DNA of 64,000 nt from a virus. The notes under the pieces were generated by a model. The model saw only the letters and a list, made by a program, of their open reading frames with translations. It was not told the origin of the DNA and searched no databases. A program made the translations under genes and the position numbers. Positions 10,414-19,894 of this stretch are shown piece by piece. The DNA lies in IMG/VR virus record IMGVR_UViG_3300045988_141072, positions 32,001 through 96,000 of that record. The stretch is one strand, 5' to 3'. The number at the start of each line of letters is the position of its first letter. The first letter of the stretch is position 1.

Positions 10414-12346
10414 AGTAATAAAAATAAAGCAGCTTGTAAGACAGCTTAATCATTATAGAGATTTATATTATAATGATTCTATATCAATGATTTCAGATAA
10501 ACAATATGATGATATGTACGATAGATTAAAAAGAATGGAAGAAGAGACGGGTGTTGTAATGTCAAACTCTCCAACAACAACCGTTGGTTATGTTGTAAAA
10601 TCAAGTCTTGAAAAGACAACGCATTCTCACCCAATGTTATCGCTAGATAAAACTAAATCAATGGATGATTTAATAAAATTCTCTAGTGGCAAGGACTGCG
10701 TTATATCTCTTAAAATGGATGGTCTTACTGTACTTAACAGTTATGATAATGGCGTATTACAAAAGAGTGAAACTAGGGGCAATGGTGAAATTGGAGAAGT
10801 TATTACTCATAATGCAAAAGTGTTTGATAATTTTCCAATAAATATTCCATTTGATAGAAAATTTGAAATTGAGGGTGAAGCAATTATCACTAAGGACGAT
10901 TTTGAACGAATAAATATTAATGGAGAATATAAAACTTGTAGGAATTTAGCATCTGGCTCAGTTAGACAGCTTGATAATAGAATAGCGAAAGATAGACACG
11001 TACATTTTATCGCTTGGAAAGTTCCATTTGGTTTTACAACATACACAGATGGATTCAGAATTGCAAAAGATTATGGTTTTGAAGTAGTTCCGTATGTTAC
11101 GTACAATAGTAATATAGATGATATAAATAAAAAAATTGAACAATTAAAAGCTGTGGCGAAAGAAAAATCATATCCCATAGATGGCTTGGTTATTTCTTAT
11201 AATGATGTAGAATATGGTAAATCACTTGGAATGACTGGGCATCACCCTAAACATTCGCTTGCGTTCAAATTTTATGATGAAGAAGCAGTAACAATATTAC
11301 AAGATATTAAATGGGGAATGGGTAAAACAGGTCAACTTACACCAATAGGCATTTTCAACGAAGTCCAACTCGACAATACAACTGTGAATAAAGCCTCATT
11401 ACATAATGTATCTATTTTAAAAGAATTACAGCTAGGTATTGGTGATGAAATTACTGTGTATAAAGCGAATCAGATAATTCCTCAAATTCGTGAGAATCTT
11501 ACAAAATCAAATATATTTAATATTCCAGACAAATGCCCTATATGTGGTCAGCCTACTAAAATAGTAAAAGATAATGATTCAGAGGTGCTTTATTGCACAA
11601 ATGATAATTGCAATGGCAAGCTGCTTGGTAAGCTCACACATGCGGTGTCGAGAGATGCACTCAACATTGACGGATTATCAGAATCTACAATAGAAAAATT
11701 CATCAATCTTGGTTGGTTGAATTTCATTAAGGATATTTATTACTTATCAGACCACGAACATGAAATGAAAGCTTTGGAAGGTTTTGGTAAAAAGTCAGTT
11801 GGAAAACTTCTTAATTCTATAGAAAAAAGTCGTAATACAAATCTTCAACGTTTTCTTTATAGCTTATCTATCCCACTTTTAGGAAAGTCGGCAAGTAAGG
11901 ATATAGCCGAATTTTGTGGAAATAATTTTAATTCATTTGTTGGTGCATTAACAGAGGGTGGAAAAGATGCTTTTACTTCAATTAATGGTATTGGTGAAGC
12001 GTTAGGAAAATTCATTATTAATTATTGGAACAAACATAATGAAGAAATTATGGATTTAGCACAAGAGTTTACATTTTCAAAAGATGAAAAAATTGAAAAA
12101 GTTGAAAATGATAAAATTAACGGAAAAGTATTTGTAGTTACTGGTTCTATTAATCATTATAAAAATCGTAATGAATTAAAAGCAGATATTGAGAAAAACG
12201 GTGGTAAAGTTACAGGCTCAGTAACATCTAAAACAGACTATCTTATCAACAATGATATTAATTCTAACAGTTCTAAAAATAAAAAAGCAAAGGAACTTAA
12301 TGTTCCAATCATTTCAGAAGAGCAATTCATATCTATGCTCAAATAA
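10406..12346 (+). CDS. ligA: NAD-dependent DNA ligase
   Basis: AAAGGAGA RBS before the ATG at 10406 (the ORF-track start at 10301 is an upstream extension). Adenylation motif KMDGL. Zn finger CPICGQ...CTNDNC. HhH region. C-terminal BRCT (GKVFVVTGS...). Confidence 0.9.
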   Translation: MDKVIKIKQLVRQLNHYRDLYYNDSISMISDKQYDDMYDRLKRMEEETGVVMSNSPTTTVGYVVKSSLEKTTHSHPMLSLDKTKSMDDLIKFSSGKDCVISLKMDGLTVLNSYDNGVLQKSETRGNGEIGEVITHNAKVFDNFPINIPFDRKFEIEGEAIITKDDFERININGEYKTCRNLASGSVRQLDNRIAKDRHVHFIAWKVPFGFTTYTDGFRIAKDYGFEVVPYVTYNSNIDDINKKIEQLKAVAKEKSYPIDGLVISYNDVEYGKSLGMTGHHPKHSLAFKFYDEEAVTILQDIKWGMGKTGQLTPIGIFNEVQLDNTTVNKASLHNVSILKELQLGIGDEITVYKANQIIPQIRENLTKSNIFNIPDKCPICGQPTKIVKDNDSEVLYCTNDNCNGKLLGKLTHAVSRDALNIDGLSESTIEKFINLGWLNFIKDIYYLSDHEHEMKALEGFGKKSVGKLLNSIEKSRNTNLQRFLYSLSIPLLGKSASKDIAEFCGNNFNSFVGALTEGGKDAFTSINGIGEALGKFIINYWNKHNEEIMDLAQEFTFSKDEKIEKVENDKINGKVFVVTGSINHYKNRNELKADIEKNGGKVTGSVTSKTDYLINNDINSNSSKNKKAKELNVPIISEEQFISMLK

Positions 12347-12447
12347 TCAAAAAGTTAAAAATTAAATAGAGAATATAATAAAGGAGATGAATAACAATTC
12401 AGCAGTATAAACGAATAATCTATGCAAAAGACTTAGCAAAAGAACTT

Positions 12448-12609
12448 ATGAAACATCCTGATGCTTATGTATGTGTTGGTAAACTTGGTGATGATTATGG
12501 AAGATATGACCAAAGAGTACTTAATACATTTTTGCGAGATGGTGAAGTTTTGGTCTTAAACATAGAAAATTATAAAGAAAACAACTTCGTAAAATTTTTT
12601 GAAGGGTGA
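12448..12609 (+). CDS. possible small protein (53 aa from the first ATG; the frame is open further upstream)
   Basis: Coding-like frame ...MKHPDAYVCVGKLGDDYGRYDQRVLNTFLRDGEVLVLNIENYKENNFVKFFEG. Below the ORF-track size cutoff. Start unclear. Confidence 0.25.
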   Translation: MKHPDAYVCVGKLGDDYGRYDQRVLNTFLRDGEVLVLNIENYKENNFVKFFEG

Positions 12610-12613
12610 AAAT

Positions 12614-13426
12614 ATGAATTTAAAATACAAAATAATATCTATATTGTTGGCAACCATAATAGTTTTTACGGTAAAAAACAACGTCAATAATACAAATTAT
12701 ATAGACAATGACAATGTTTCTAATAAGGCAACTGAAACAATAGAGAATATTATAGAGCCAGAAATTGAAACAACAGAACGAATAATTACGCAGAAAGCAA
12801 CAAAGAAAAATAAATATAAAAAAGGTTATATAAAAGCCAATAACGTTAATGTTCGTGCAAAGAAGCGATTTACGGCTAAAATTAAGGGTCATTTGTTTTA
12901 TGGAGAAAAAATTAATTATATAAGAGTAAATAAAAAATGGGTTAAGATTAATAACAAAAAAATTAAGGGTTATGTGCTTGCAAAATATGTTACAAGAAAG
13001 AAGAAAAAACATAAACTACATACCAATGTTCCTAATTATACTTTATTTTCCTACATGGATTACACATGTATCACAAATACTTCCAGTCAACAATATAAAC
13101 TACAACGAAGAGCGTATACAGGAACATATGGTATACGTCAGGTCGATGGAAGGTATTGTATCGCATTAGGTAGTTATTATACAACTCGCATTGGTACATA
13201 TATTGATTTAATTCTTAACAATGGACAAGTTATCCATTGTATATTAGCCGATTGTAAGGCAGATCAACATACAGATGCTATGAATCAAAAAACAAGCGAT
13301 GGTTCACTAGTTGAATTTGTTGTGGATACTCCGGCATTGCGCTCAAAAGCAAAACGAATGGGTGATATTGCTTACAGCAACCCTAAATGGCAAAGCAGGA
13401 TTAAATATATAAAAATATATGTTTAG
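12614..13426 (+). CDS. secreted/membrane-anchored SH3b-domain protein with C-terminal putative cell-wall-active (3D/DPBB-like) domain
   Basis: N-terminal hydrophobic anchor (IISILLATIIVF). SH3b-like GYIKANNVNVRAKK...KGYVLAKYV. C-terminal IGTYIDLILNNGQVIHCILADCKADQHTD. Confidence 0.4.
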   Translation: MNLKYKIISILLATIIVFTVKNNVNNTNYIDNDNVSNKATETIENIIEPEIETTERIITQKATKKNKYKKGYIKANNVNVRAKKRFTAKIKGHLFYGEKINYIRVNKKWVKINNKKIKGYVLAKYVTRKKKKHKLHTNVPNYTLFSYMDYTCITNTSSQQYKLQRRAYTGTYGIRQVDGRYCIALGSYYTTRIGTYIDLILNNGQVIHCILADCKADQHTDAMNQKTSDGSLVEFVVDTPALRSKAKRMGDIAYSNPKWQSRIKYIKIYV

Positions 13427-13438
13427 TGGAGAATATAT

Positions 13439-13624
13439 ATGAGTAGAACAAAAAAGAAAATTGAATTAGGTACAAAAGAATATCCTTATTGTTCTAATCG
13501 TGAATGTATGGATTTTGAGTGTTTAAGACACAGGAATTATATTCCTTGGAATATCTTATTATGGCAAGAGAAATACATTCCAAATAATAAGGGTGTTTGT
13601 AAAGATAAAATTAAAGAAATATAG
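13439..13624 (+). CDS. hypothetical Cys-rich small protein
   Basis: ORF with GGAGAA upstream. Confidence 0.4.
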   Translation: MSRTKKKIELGTKEYPYCSNRECMDFECLRHRNYIPWNILLWQEKYIPNNKGVCKDKIKEI

Positions 13625-13635
13625 TGGAGGTGCTT

Positions 13636-13740
13636 ATGGGAATAGCAACAGGAATAGGTTTATTCTTTTTAGGAATGATAATTGGTGTTTTAATGGTGTG
13701 TTTGTGTGTAGCTGCATCATCAAACGATGAAAGGGATTAG
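13636..13740 (+). CDS. 34-aa single-TM membrane peptide
   Basis: GGAGG at 13626-13630 then ATG. MGIATGIGLFFLGMIIGVLMVCLCVAASSNDERD. Confidence 0.35.
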   Translation: MGIATGIGLFFLGMIIGVLMVCLCVAASSNDERD

Positions 13741-13747
13741 GTGAAAC

Positions 13748-14356
13748 ATGATTATAATTGTGGGTAAATCAGGAAGTGGTAAGGATTCTGTTGTAAAAAA
13801 ATTAACCAATTTTTATGACTATAAAAAAATTGTAACTTGGACAACCAGACCAATGAGACCGAAGGAAATGCAGGATGTTACATATCATTTTACAGATGAA
13901 GAAACTTTTGAAGAAAAAATTGAGGAAGGTTTCTTTGCTGAATGGAAGAAATATGAATCAATTGAAGGAACTTGGTATTATGGTACAGCATTATTAGACC
14001 TTACCACATTTAATGAGGATAAGATAATAATTCTAACACCTGATGGTTATCGAGATATTAAGGATATCATAGGTAAAGATACATTAACCGTTTATTTAAA
14101 ATCCAAAAACAGAATCCTAAAATCCAGATTAAAAAAACGTGGCGACAATCCTAAAGAAATTAAAAGAAGATTAGGACATGACAAAAAAGATTTTAAGAGT
14201 ATTGAAAAAGAGGTTGATGTAGTCATAGAAAATAACAAACGTGATTTATGGGATATTGCAAAAATGATTGAAGAGATGGATGCAATTAGAAAGGAGAATG
14301 TGGTAAATGAAAGAATTTACGATATATCTAGCTGGTGCGATGGAAGGATTGAGTGA
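13748..14356 (+). CDS. guanylate kinase-like nucleoside monophosphate kinase
   Basis: P-loop GKSGSGKDS and TTRPMRPKE...VTYHF, typical of the guanylate kinase fold. Confidence 0.7.
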   Translation: MIIIVGKSGSGKDSVVKKLTNFYDYKKIVTWTTRPMRPKEMQDVTYHFTDEETFEEKIEEGFFAEWKKYESIEGTWYYGTALLDLTTFNEDKIIILTPDGYRDIKDIIGKDTLTVYLKSKNRILKSRLKKRGDNPKEIKRRLGHDKKDFKSIEKEVDVVIENNKRDLWDIAKMIEEMDAIRKENVVNERIYDISSWCDGRIE

Positions 14357-14729
14357 TGAAGAAATCAACGGTTGGAGAAGAACGCTGAACAAAATGTTTA
14401 AACATACATATTCAAATATGAAAGTTAATTGTATTAATCCTAATGATTACTACAATTTTAACGAAGTTGGTTATGACAGCCAGCGTGAAGTTATGGATTT
14501 TGATTTATATAAAGTCCGTCATAGCGATATGGTAATTGTTAATTTTTCGCATTGCTTTTCTAAAGGAACATTAGTCGAACAGGCAATTGCATTTGAAAAT
14601 AATATTCCGGTTATTGGATTGAATGAAAATCACAATAAACTTCATCCGTGGCAGATAGAACTAAGCAATAAAATATTTGATGATAAATTAAAACTTGTTT
14701 CCTATGTAACTAATTTTTATCTAAATTAA
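14307..14729 (+). CDS. nucleoside 2-deoxyribosyltransferase-like protein
   Basis: N-terminal IYLAGAM motif and size typical of the family. AAAGGAGAA RBS. Overlaps the preceding ORF by 50 nt. Confidence 0.45.
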   Translation: MKEFTIYLAGAMEGLSDEEINGWRRTLNKMFKHTYSNMKVNCINPNDYYNFNEVGYDSQREVMDFDLYKVRHSDMVIVNFSHCFSKGTLVEQAIAFENNIPVIGLNENHNKLHPWQIELSNKIFDDKLKLVSYVTNFYLN

Positions 14730-14741
14730 GCGAGGTGGATT

Positions 14742-14909
14742 ATGTCAGATATAACAGCGTGCAGTAGTATTAATTGTCCCGAAAGAGATAATTGTTATAG
14801 AGCAACTGCAAAATCGTCTAAATGGCAGAGTTGGTCAAATTTTGAGTACACATGCAACGAAAATAATGGATTTGAAAATTTTATACCAAATTTAAAACAA
14901 ATACAATAA
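14742..14909 (+). CDS. small Cys-rich protein (55 aa)
   Basis: GAGGTGG RBS then ATG at 14742. MSDITACSSINCPERDNCYRA... Confidence 0.4.
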   Translation: MSDITACSSINCPERDNCYRATAKSSKWQSWSNFEYTCNENNGFENFIPNLKQIQ

Positions 14910-14935
14910 AATAAGTCAAGAAAATAACTCTAAAA

Positions 14936-14988
14936 TTGATTTATTTTAATCAAAAAATCAAATGAAAGGTTGATTTCTTATGAAATCA
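14936..14988 (+). promoter_or_regulatory. two palindromes upstream of the nrd operon (TTGATTT-N4-AATCAA; TGATTTC-TTAT-GAAATCA)
   Basis: Inverted repeats at 14936-14953 and 14971-14988 sharing TGATTT/AAATCA half-sites. Function unknown. Confidence 0.25.
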
Positions 14989-15002
14989 GAAAAGGAGATA
15001 AA

Positions 15003-15140
15003 ATGAAATTCAATTTTATAGATTGTATAGAATTTGAGATTGATTGGAAAGCTGTAGCAGCGATTGCAGCATGTGTACTTGGTTATGCAATCATAACAGT
15101 AATTCAGAAAGGAGATATACATATTGACAAAAGTAATTAA
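15003..15140 (+). CDS. 45-aa single-TM peptide overlapping the nrdD start
   Basis: AAAGGAGA RBS. MKFNFIDCIEFEIDWKAVAAIAACVLGYAIITVIQKGDIHIDKSN. Confidence 0.3.
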   Translation: MKFNFIDCIEFEIDWKAVAAIAACVLGYAIITVIQKGDIHIDKSN

Positions 15141-18100
15141 AAGAGACTGTTCCGAAGTTGATTTTGACAAATCAAAAATCTCAACTGCAATTCTTAAAGC
15201 TATGAAGAATGGTTCAGGCATTGTAAAACCAAAGATTGCGGATGACATTGCAAATGAGATTGAAGAAGAGTGTAAGGATAAAGAAGAAGTAAGTATTTCC
15301 GACATTGAATCAATGGTTTATGATAAATTGATTACAAAAAAACAGAGACTTACGGCAAAGGCTTATGAGGGATATAGAAGTATTAGAGAATTTCAGAGAG
15401 AAAACGAAAATACAACAGATGAACAAATTTCAGAATTATTAGATGGTACTAGTGATTATTGGAATAATGAAAATTCCAATAAAAATGCTCGTTTATTAAC
15501 AACTCAACGTGATTACATGGCAGGCATTATTAGTACAGATATTACAAGGAGATTCCTTTTGCCACTGGAAGTAGTACAAGCACATGATGATGGATTACTT
15601 CATTTTCATGATGCGGATTATTTCGGACAAAATGCAATAACGAATTGTAGCTTAATTAATTTGGAGGATATGTTACAAAATGGCACATGTATTAATAAAG
15701 TAAAAATTGATAAACCACATAGATTTATCACGGCTATGACCATTGCAACTCAAATAATTACAGCAGTTACGAGTAGCCAATATGGGGGAGCGAGCATAAC
15801 TTTAACACATTTAGCTCCATTTGTTAGGGATAGTTACAATTCTTATTATAAAAAATATATTAAGTGGGGATTTTCTGATGAAAGTTCTAAAAAATACGCA
15901 AGTATTGATACCAAAAAAGAAATTATTGATGGAGTACAGACATTTAATTATCAGTGCAATAGTATGACAACAACTAATGGACAGTCTCCATTTTTAAGTG
16001 TCTTTATGTATCTTGGAGAAACAGAAGAATATAAGAATGAACTTGCTATGATCATTGAAGAATTCCTCAACCAAAGAATTTTAGGAATGAAAAATGAAGT
16101 TGGCGTATATGTAACTCAGGCATTTCCAAAATTGCTTTATATTCTTGAAGAAGATAATATTACACCTAATTCAAAATATTGGTATTTGACAGAACTTGCA
16201 GCCAAATGTACTGCTAAACGTATGGTTCCTGATTATATATCTGAAAAGAAAATGAAAGAATTTAAAGAAAATAATTGTTTTCCTTGTATGGGATGTGTTG
16301 ACGGAAAAGAACTCGTTACATATAAGATTAAGAATAATTTATATGTAGAATCATTTGAAAGAATGTGGAGGAGGTTGTCTGATTCATTTGAAATCAAACA
16401 TCAGTATTCCGAAACTAATCCTAATTTATATATGGATTTATCAGAAGTAACGATTTATGATACAGAAAAAGGATTTGTTGATACAAAAAGAATTATTCGT
16501 AATGTATCAAGCGAATGGTTAGATGTTGATTTTTCAAATGGTAGAAGGTTGTTATGTACAACAGATCACCCATTAACATTAAGAAATGGTAGAAATGTAC
16601 ATGCATCAGAGTTAAAACTTGGAGATAAAATTTTAATCAATTCAAATCAGTATAACGAAGAATCAATTCTATTCAATATTGATAAAGCATGGCTACTTGG
16701 ATTTATGCTATGTGATGGATGTTATCAAAATAATCATGTATTCGCTTCTATTGCTGCAACAGGAGAAGATGAAATTGAAGAAAAATTTAGTAACACATTT
16801 ACTAAGTATTTCGGTCTGAATGTTAAAACAATTCTACAAGAACGTGGTAAAAAAGGAACATACAAAGATTTATGTGCAATTTCAGATAATAACGGTGGAA
16901 TTCAATATGTGGCAAATTATTTTACATCAAAATTTGGAGGTATCAATAAAGTAAATAGACAAATTCCAAATGAAGTATTCTCATGGAATTATGAAGCAAA
17001 GCTTGCCTTTTTTGCAGGAATGATTGATGCAGACGGATATATCAATTCACATCAAAACGAAAAGAACTTTTCTACTGTTCAAATCGGCTCTACTAATAAA
17101 GAATTAGCACTTCAGCAAATGGCGTTAGCACAATCTATTGGAATCCCAGCTAAAATTTATCATAATCATTACACAAAGAAAAATCCGGAATTGATTAGAT
17201 ATAGGGTTGAATTTTACCCAACTGATGAATTGATTAATTACATTGTATGCAAAAAGAAATGTGATAACTATATTGAATCAAATGTATCAGGATATGCTAT
17301 TGAATCAGAAGTTATCAAGATTAATCCAATTCATAAAGAAATGTATAGTTATGATGTGACAACATCTAGTGAGCATTTTGAAGTTAGTGGTATTTATAGC
17401 CACAATTGTCGTAGTTTCCTTTCACCATATAAGGATGAAAATGGTAATTATAAATTTTATGGACGCTTCAATCAGGGCGTAGTAACTATTAATCTTGTAG
17501 ATGTGGCTTTATCATCAGAAGGTGATTTTGATAAGTTTTGGCAATTAATGGAGCAAAGAACAGAACTTTGCCACAAAGCACTAAAATGTAGACATGAGAG
17601 ACTTGAAGGAACTTTATCAGATGTTGCACCTATTTTATGGCAGGACGGAGCATTTGCTAGACTTAAAAAGGGTGAGAAAATTGATAAATTACTTCATGGT
17701 GGATATTCGAGCATTTCACTTGGATATGCTGGACTTTACGAATGTGTAAAGTATATGACAGGAAAATCTCATACAGATCATTCTATTGGACATGATTTTG
17801 GGATTAAAGTAATGGAGTTCTTAAATAATAAATGCGAACAGTGGAAGAGTGAAGAAAATATTGGATATAGTACATATGGATCCCCGATAGAAAGCACAAC
17901 GTATAAATTCGCCAACTGTTTAAAGAAAAGATTTGGAATTATTGAAGGTATAACCGACAGAGATTATATTACAAATTCATATCATATTTTTGTTAAAGAA
18001 CCAATCAATGCATTTGATAAACTCTATATCGAATCCGAATTTCAGTCATTATCTCTTGGGGGATCGATTTCTTATGTTGAAACTTCTGATATGACACAAA

Positions 18101-18393
18101 ATATTCCTGCAATTCTCGAAGTTATTAAATACATTTACGATAATATCATGTACGCAGAACTCAATACAAAGAGTGATTATTGTCAGGTTTGTGGTTATGA
18201 TGGTGAAATAAAAATTGTAGATGAAAATAATGAACTTATATGGGAATGCCCTAATTGTAAAAACAGAGATAAAACAAAAATGAATGTAGCAAGAAGAACA
18301 TGTGGATATATTGGGACAAATTTTTGGAATCAAGGACGTACCGAGGAAATTAATGAAAGATATGTTCACTTAACGGATATTGCGGAGGATTAA
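15124..18393 (+). CDS. nrdD: anaerobic (class III) ribonucleoside-triphosphate reductase, interrupted by an intein
   Basis: N-terminal ATP-cone-like VIKRDCSEVDFDKSKI. C-terminal Zn ribbon CQVCGY...CPNCKN. Glycyl-radical motif RRTCGYIG. Conserved ...PCMG|CRSFLSP split by 371 aa. Confidence 0.9.
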   Translation: MTKVIKRDCSEVDFDKSKISTAILKAMKNGSGIVKPKIADDIANEIEEECKDKEEVSISDIESMVYDKLITKKQRLTAKAYEGYRSIREFQRENENTTDEQISELLDGTSDYWNNENSNKNARLLTTQRDYMAGIISTDITRRFLLPLEVVQAHDDGLLHFHDADYFGQNAITNCSLINLEDMLQNGTCINKVKIDKPHRFITAMTIATQIITAVTSSQYGGASITLTHLAPFVRDSYNSYYKKYIKWGFSDESSKKYASIDTKKEIIDGVQTFNYQCNSMTTTNGQSPFLSVFMYLGETEEYKNELAMIIEEFLNQRILGMKNEVGVYVTQAFPKLLYILEEDNITPNSKYWYLTELAAKCTAKRMVPDYISEKKMKEFKENNCFPCMGCVDGKELVTYKIKNNLYVESFERMWRRLSDSFEIKHQYSETNPNLYMDLSEVTIYDTEKGFVDTKRIIRNVSSEWLDVDFSNGRRLLCTTDHPLTLRNGRNVHASELKLGDKILINSNQYNEESILFNIDKAWLLGFMLCDGCYQNNHVFASIAATGEDEIEEKFSNTFTKYFGLNVKTILQERGKKGTYKDLCAISDNNGGIQYVANYFTSKFGGINKVNRQIPNEVFSWNYEAKLAFFAGMIDADGYINSHQNEKNFSTVQIGSTNKELALQQMALAQSIGIPAKIYHNHYTKKNPELIRYRVEFYPTDELINYIVCKKKCDNYIESNVSGYAIESEVIKINPIHKEMYSYDVTTSSEHFEVSGIYSHNCRSFLSPYKDENGNYKFYGRFNQGVVTINLVDVALSSEGDFDKFWQLMEQRTELCHKALKCRHERLEGTLSDVAPILWQDGAFARLKKGEKIDKLLHGGYSSISLGYAGLYECVKYMTGKSHTDHSIGHDFGIKVMEFLNNKCEQWKSEENIGYSTYGSPIESTTYKFANCLKKRFGIIEGITDRDYITNSYHIFVKEPINAFDKLYIESEFQSLSLGGSISYVETSDMTQNIPAILEVIKYIYDNIMYAELNTKSDYCQVCGYDGEIKIVDENNELIWECPNCKNRDKTKMNVARRTCGYIGTNFWNQGRTEEINERYVHLTDIAED
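16294..17406 (+). mobile_element. intein (371 aa) with LAGLIDADG homing-endonuclease domain inside NrdD
   Basis: Cys1 (CVDGKELV). Block B TTDHPL. LAGLIDADG motifs LLGFMLCDGC and FFAGMIDADGY. C-terminal SGIYSHN followed by Cys+1 (CRSFL). Removing it restores the NrdD motif MGCRSFL. Confidence 0.85.
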
Positions 18394-18395
18394 AT

Positions 18396-18935
18396 ATGAG
18401 ATTTGCACAGATTAGATCTATGGACATTTCAAATGGGGAGGGAGTAGGGGTCTCCCTCTTCGTCCAAGGGTGTCCCTTTCACTGTTTTGGCTGTTTCAAC
18501 TCTGAGACATGGAATTTTGATGCTGGTAAAAAATGGACAGAAGAAACAGAAGATAAATTTATGAAATTAATTGATAGACCATATATCAAACGCATTTCTT
18601 TTCTTGGTGGTGAACCGTTGGCTGAACAGAATCTTGATGATGTCTTATCTCTTATCAAAGAAATCCGTATTTTCTTCCCTGAGAAAACTATTTGGTTGTA
18701 TACAGGATATTCTTATTCAGAAATCTTTCGAGGACAATCATCATGTTTATCTCAAGAAGGATTAAATAATTTTAAACGCAGAGAGATAATAAAACAATGT
18801 GATGTACTTGTTGATGGAGAATATATAGATGAGCAGAGAGATTTATCATTAAAATTCAGAGGTTCAAAGAATCAAAAAGTAATTGATGTAAAAGAAACGC
18901 TTAAACAAGGAAAGGTGGTTCTATATTGTGACTAA
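18396..18935 (+). CDS. nrdG: anaerobic RNR activating enzyme (radical SAM)
   Basis: CPFHCFGCFN CxxxCxxC cluster motif. Size and position directly after nrdD. Confidence 0.9.
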   Translation: MRFAQIRSMDISNGEGVGVSLFVQGCPFHCFGCFNSETWNFDAGKKWTEETEDKFMKLIDRPYIKRISFLGGEPLAEQNLDDVLSLIKEIRIFFPEKTIWLYTGYSYSEIFRGQSSCLSQEGLNNFKRREIIKQCDVLVDGEYIDEQRDLSLKFRGSKNQKVIDVKETLKQGKVVLYCD

Positions 18936-19173
18936 ACTTAATAAAAATGACACTGTTTATTTTATTAAAATTTCATTCAATCTTGAACTTACAGACATAT
19001 ATGATTTACATATTAGAACCGTAGCAGATGATTATTATGTAGGATTGGATAGTACAACAGCTAAACATGCTTATATTTTTTCAGATAGAGATATTGGCGA
19101 AACAATATTTCTTAATAAAGCAGACGCATTAGAAAAACTAATGGAGATAAAAGGAGGATACGATGGAAATTAA
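18928..19173 (+). CDS. hypothetical protein
   Basis: GTG start overlapping the nrdG stop. 81 aa. Confidence 0.4.
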   Translation: MTKLNKNDTVYFIKISFNLELTDIYDLHIRTVADDYYVGLDSTTAKHAYIFSDRDIGETIFLNKADALEKLMEIKGGYDGN

Positions 19174-19600
19174 GATTAAAAAATTAAACGAAAATGCAAT
19201 TATTCCGACTAGAGGAAGCGAACAAGCCGCTGGTTATGATTTATATGCTTGTATACCAGAAAGAATTCTAATCAATCCCCATAAAACGGTTAAAATCGGC
19301 ACAGGATTGTCAATGGAAATTCCCGAAGGTTACTTTGGAGCAATATTTGCCCGCAGTGGATTAGCAACAAAAAGAGGAATCAGACCATCTAATTGCGTTG
19401 GGGTTTGTGATAGTGATTACCGTGGAGAATATATAGTTGCTTTACATAATGACACAGATGGAATAAAAATGGTTGAACCAAACGAAAGAATTGCTCAATT
19501 AATAGTAATGCCATACTTATCTGTTGACTTTAAAGAAGTAAATGAATTATCTGATACTAACAGAGGTGTAGGTGGATTTGGTTCAACTGGAAAGGCGTGA
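19163..19600 (+). CDS. dut: dUTP diphosphatase
   Basis: dUTPase motifs AAGYDLYA, RSGLA, GVCDSDYRGE, RGVGGFGSTG. Confidence 0.9.
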   Translation: MEIKIKKLNENAIIPTRGSEQAAGYDLYACIPERILINPHKTVKIGTGLSMEIPEGYFGAIFARSGLATKRGIRPSNCVGVCDSDYRGEYIVALHNDTDGIKMVEPNERIAQLIVMPYLSVDFKEVNELSDTNRGVGGFGSTGKA

Positions 19601-19602
19601 TT

Positions 19603-19824
19603 ATGAATAGAGAAGATAAAATGCTGTATACAGTAAAAGAAGCATCGGCTACATTAGGAGTAAGTATTCATCTTGTATATGATCTTATTAATAAAGGATT
19701 GCTCCCTGCACTTAAATTAGGTAGCCTTAAAATAAGAAAAGAGACTCTTGATGAGTTCACAAAGAAGTATGAAGGAATGGATTTATCTGACCTCGACCAT
19801 ATAAAAGAATTAAATATTGCATAA
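19603..19824 (+). CDS. excisionase-family / MerR-like HTH DNA-binding protein
   Basis: YTVKEASATLGVSIHLVYDLINKGLLPALKLGSLKIRKETLDEF matches the Xis-type HTH_17 pattern. Lies next to the attP-like region and integrase. Confidence 0.6.
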   Translation: MNREDKMLYTVKEASATLGVSIHLVYDLINKGLLPALKLGSLKIRKETLDEFTKKYEGMDLSDLDHIKELNIA

Positions 19825-19894
19825 TAATAGGTAGGAATGGTATTATAATAAATATATCATTCCTATTTTATTGCAGGCGTTTCTAACACGCTTT

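Noticed and set aside
12620-13012. 130-aa - strand ORF opposite the SH3b-domain gene, and similar antisense ORFs at 14958..15305, 18049..18369, 10084..10296, 10807..11046 and 896..1078.
   Set aside because: They are contained in or overlap well-supported + strand genes, give hydrophobic low-complexity translations and have no RBS.
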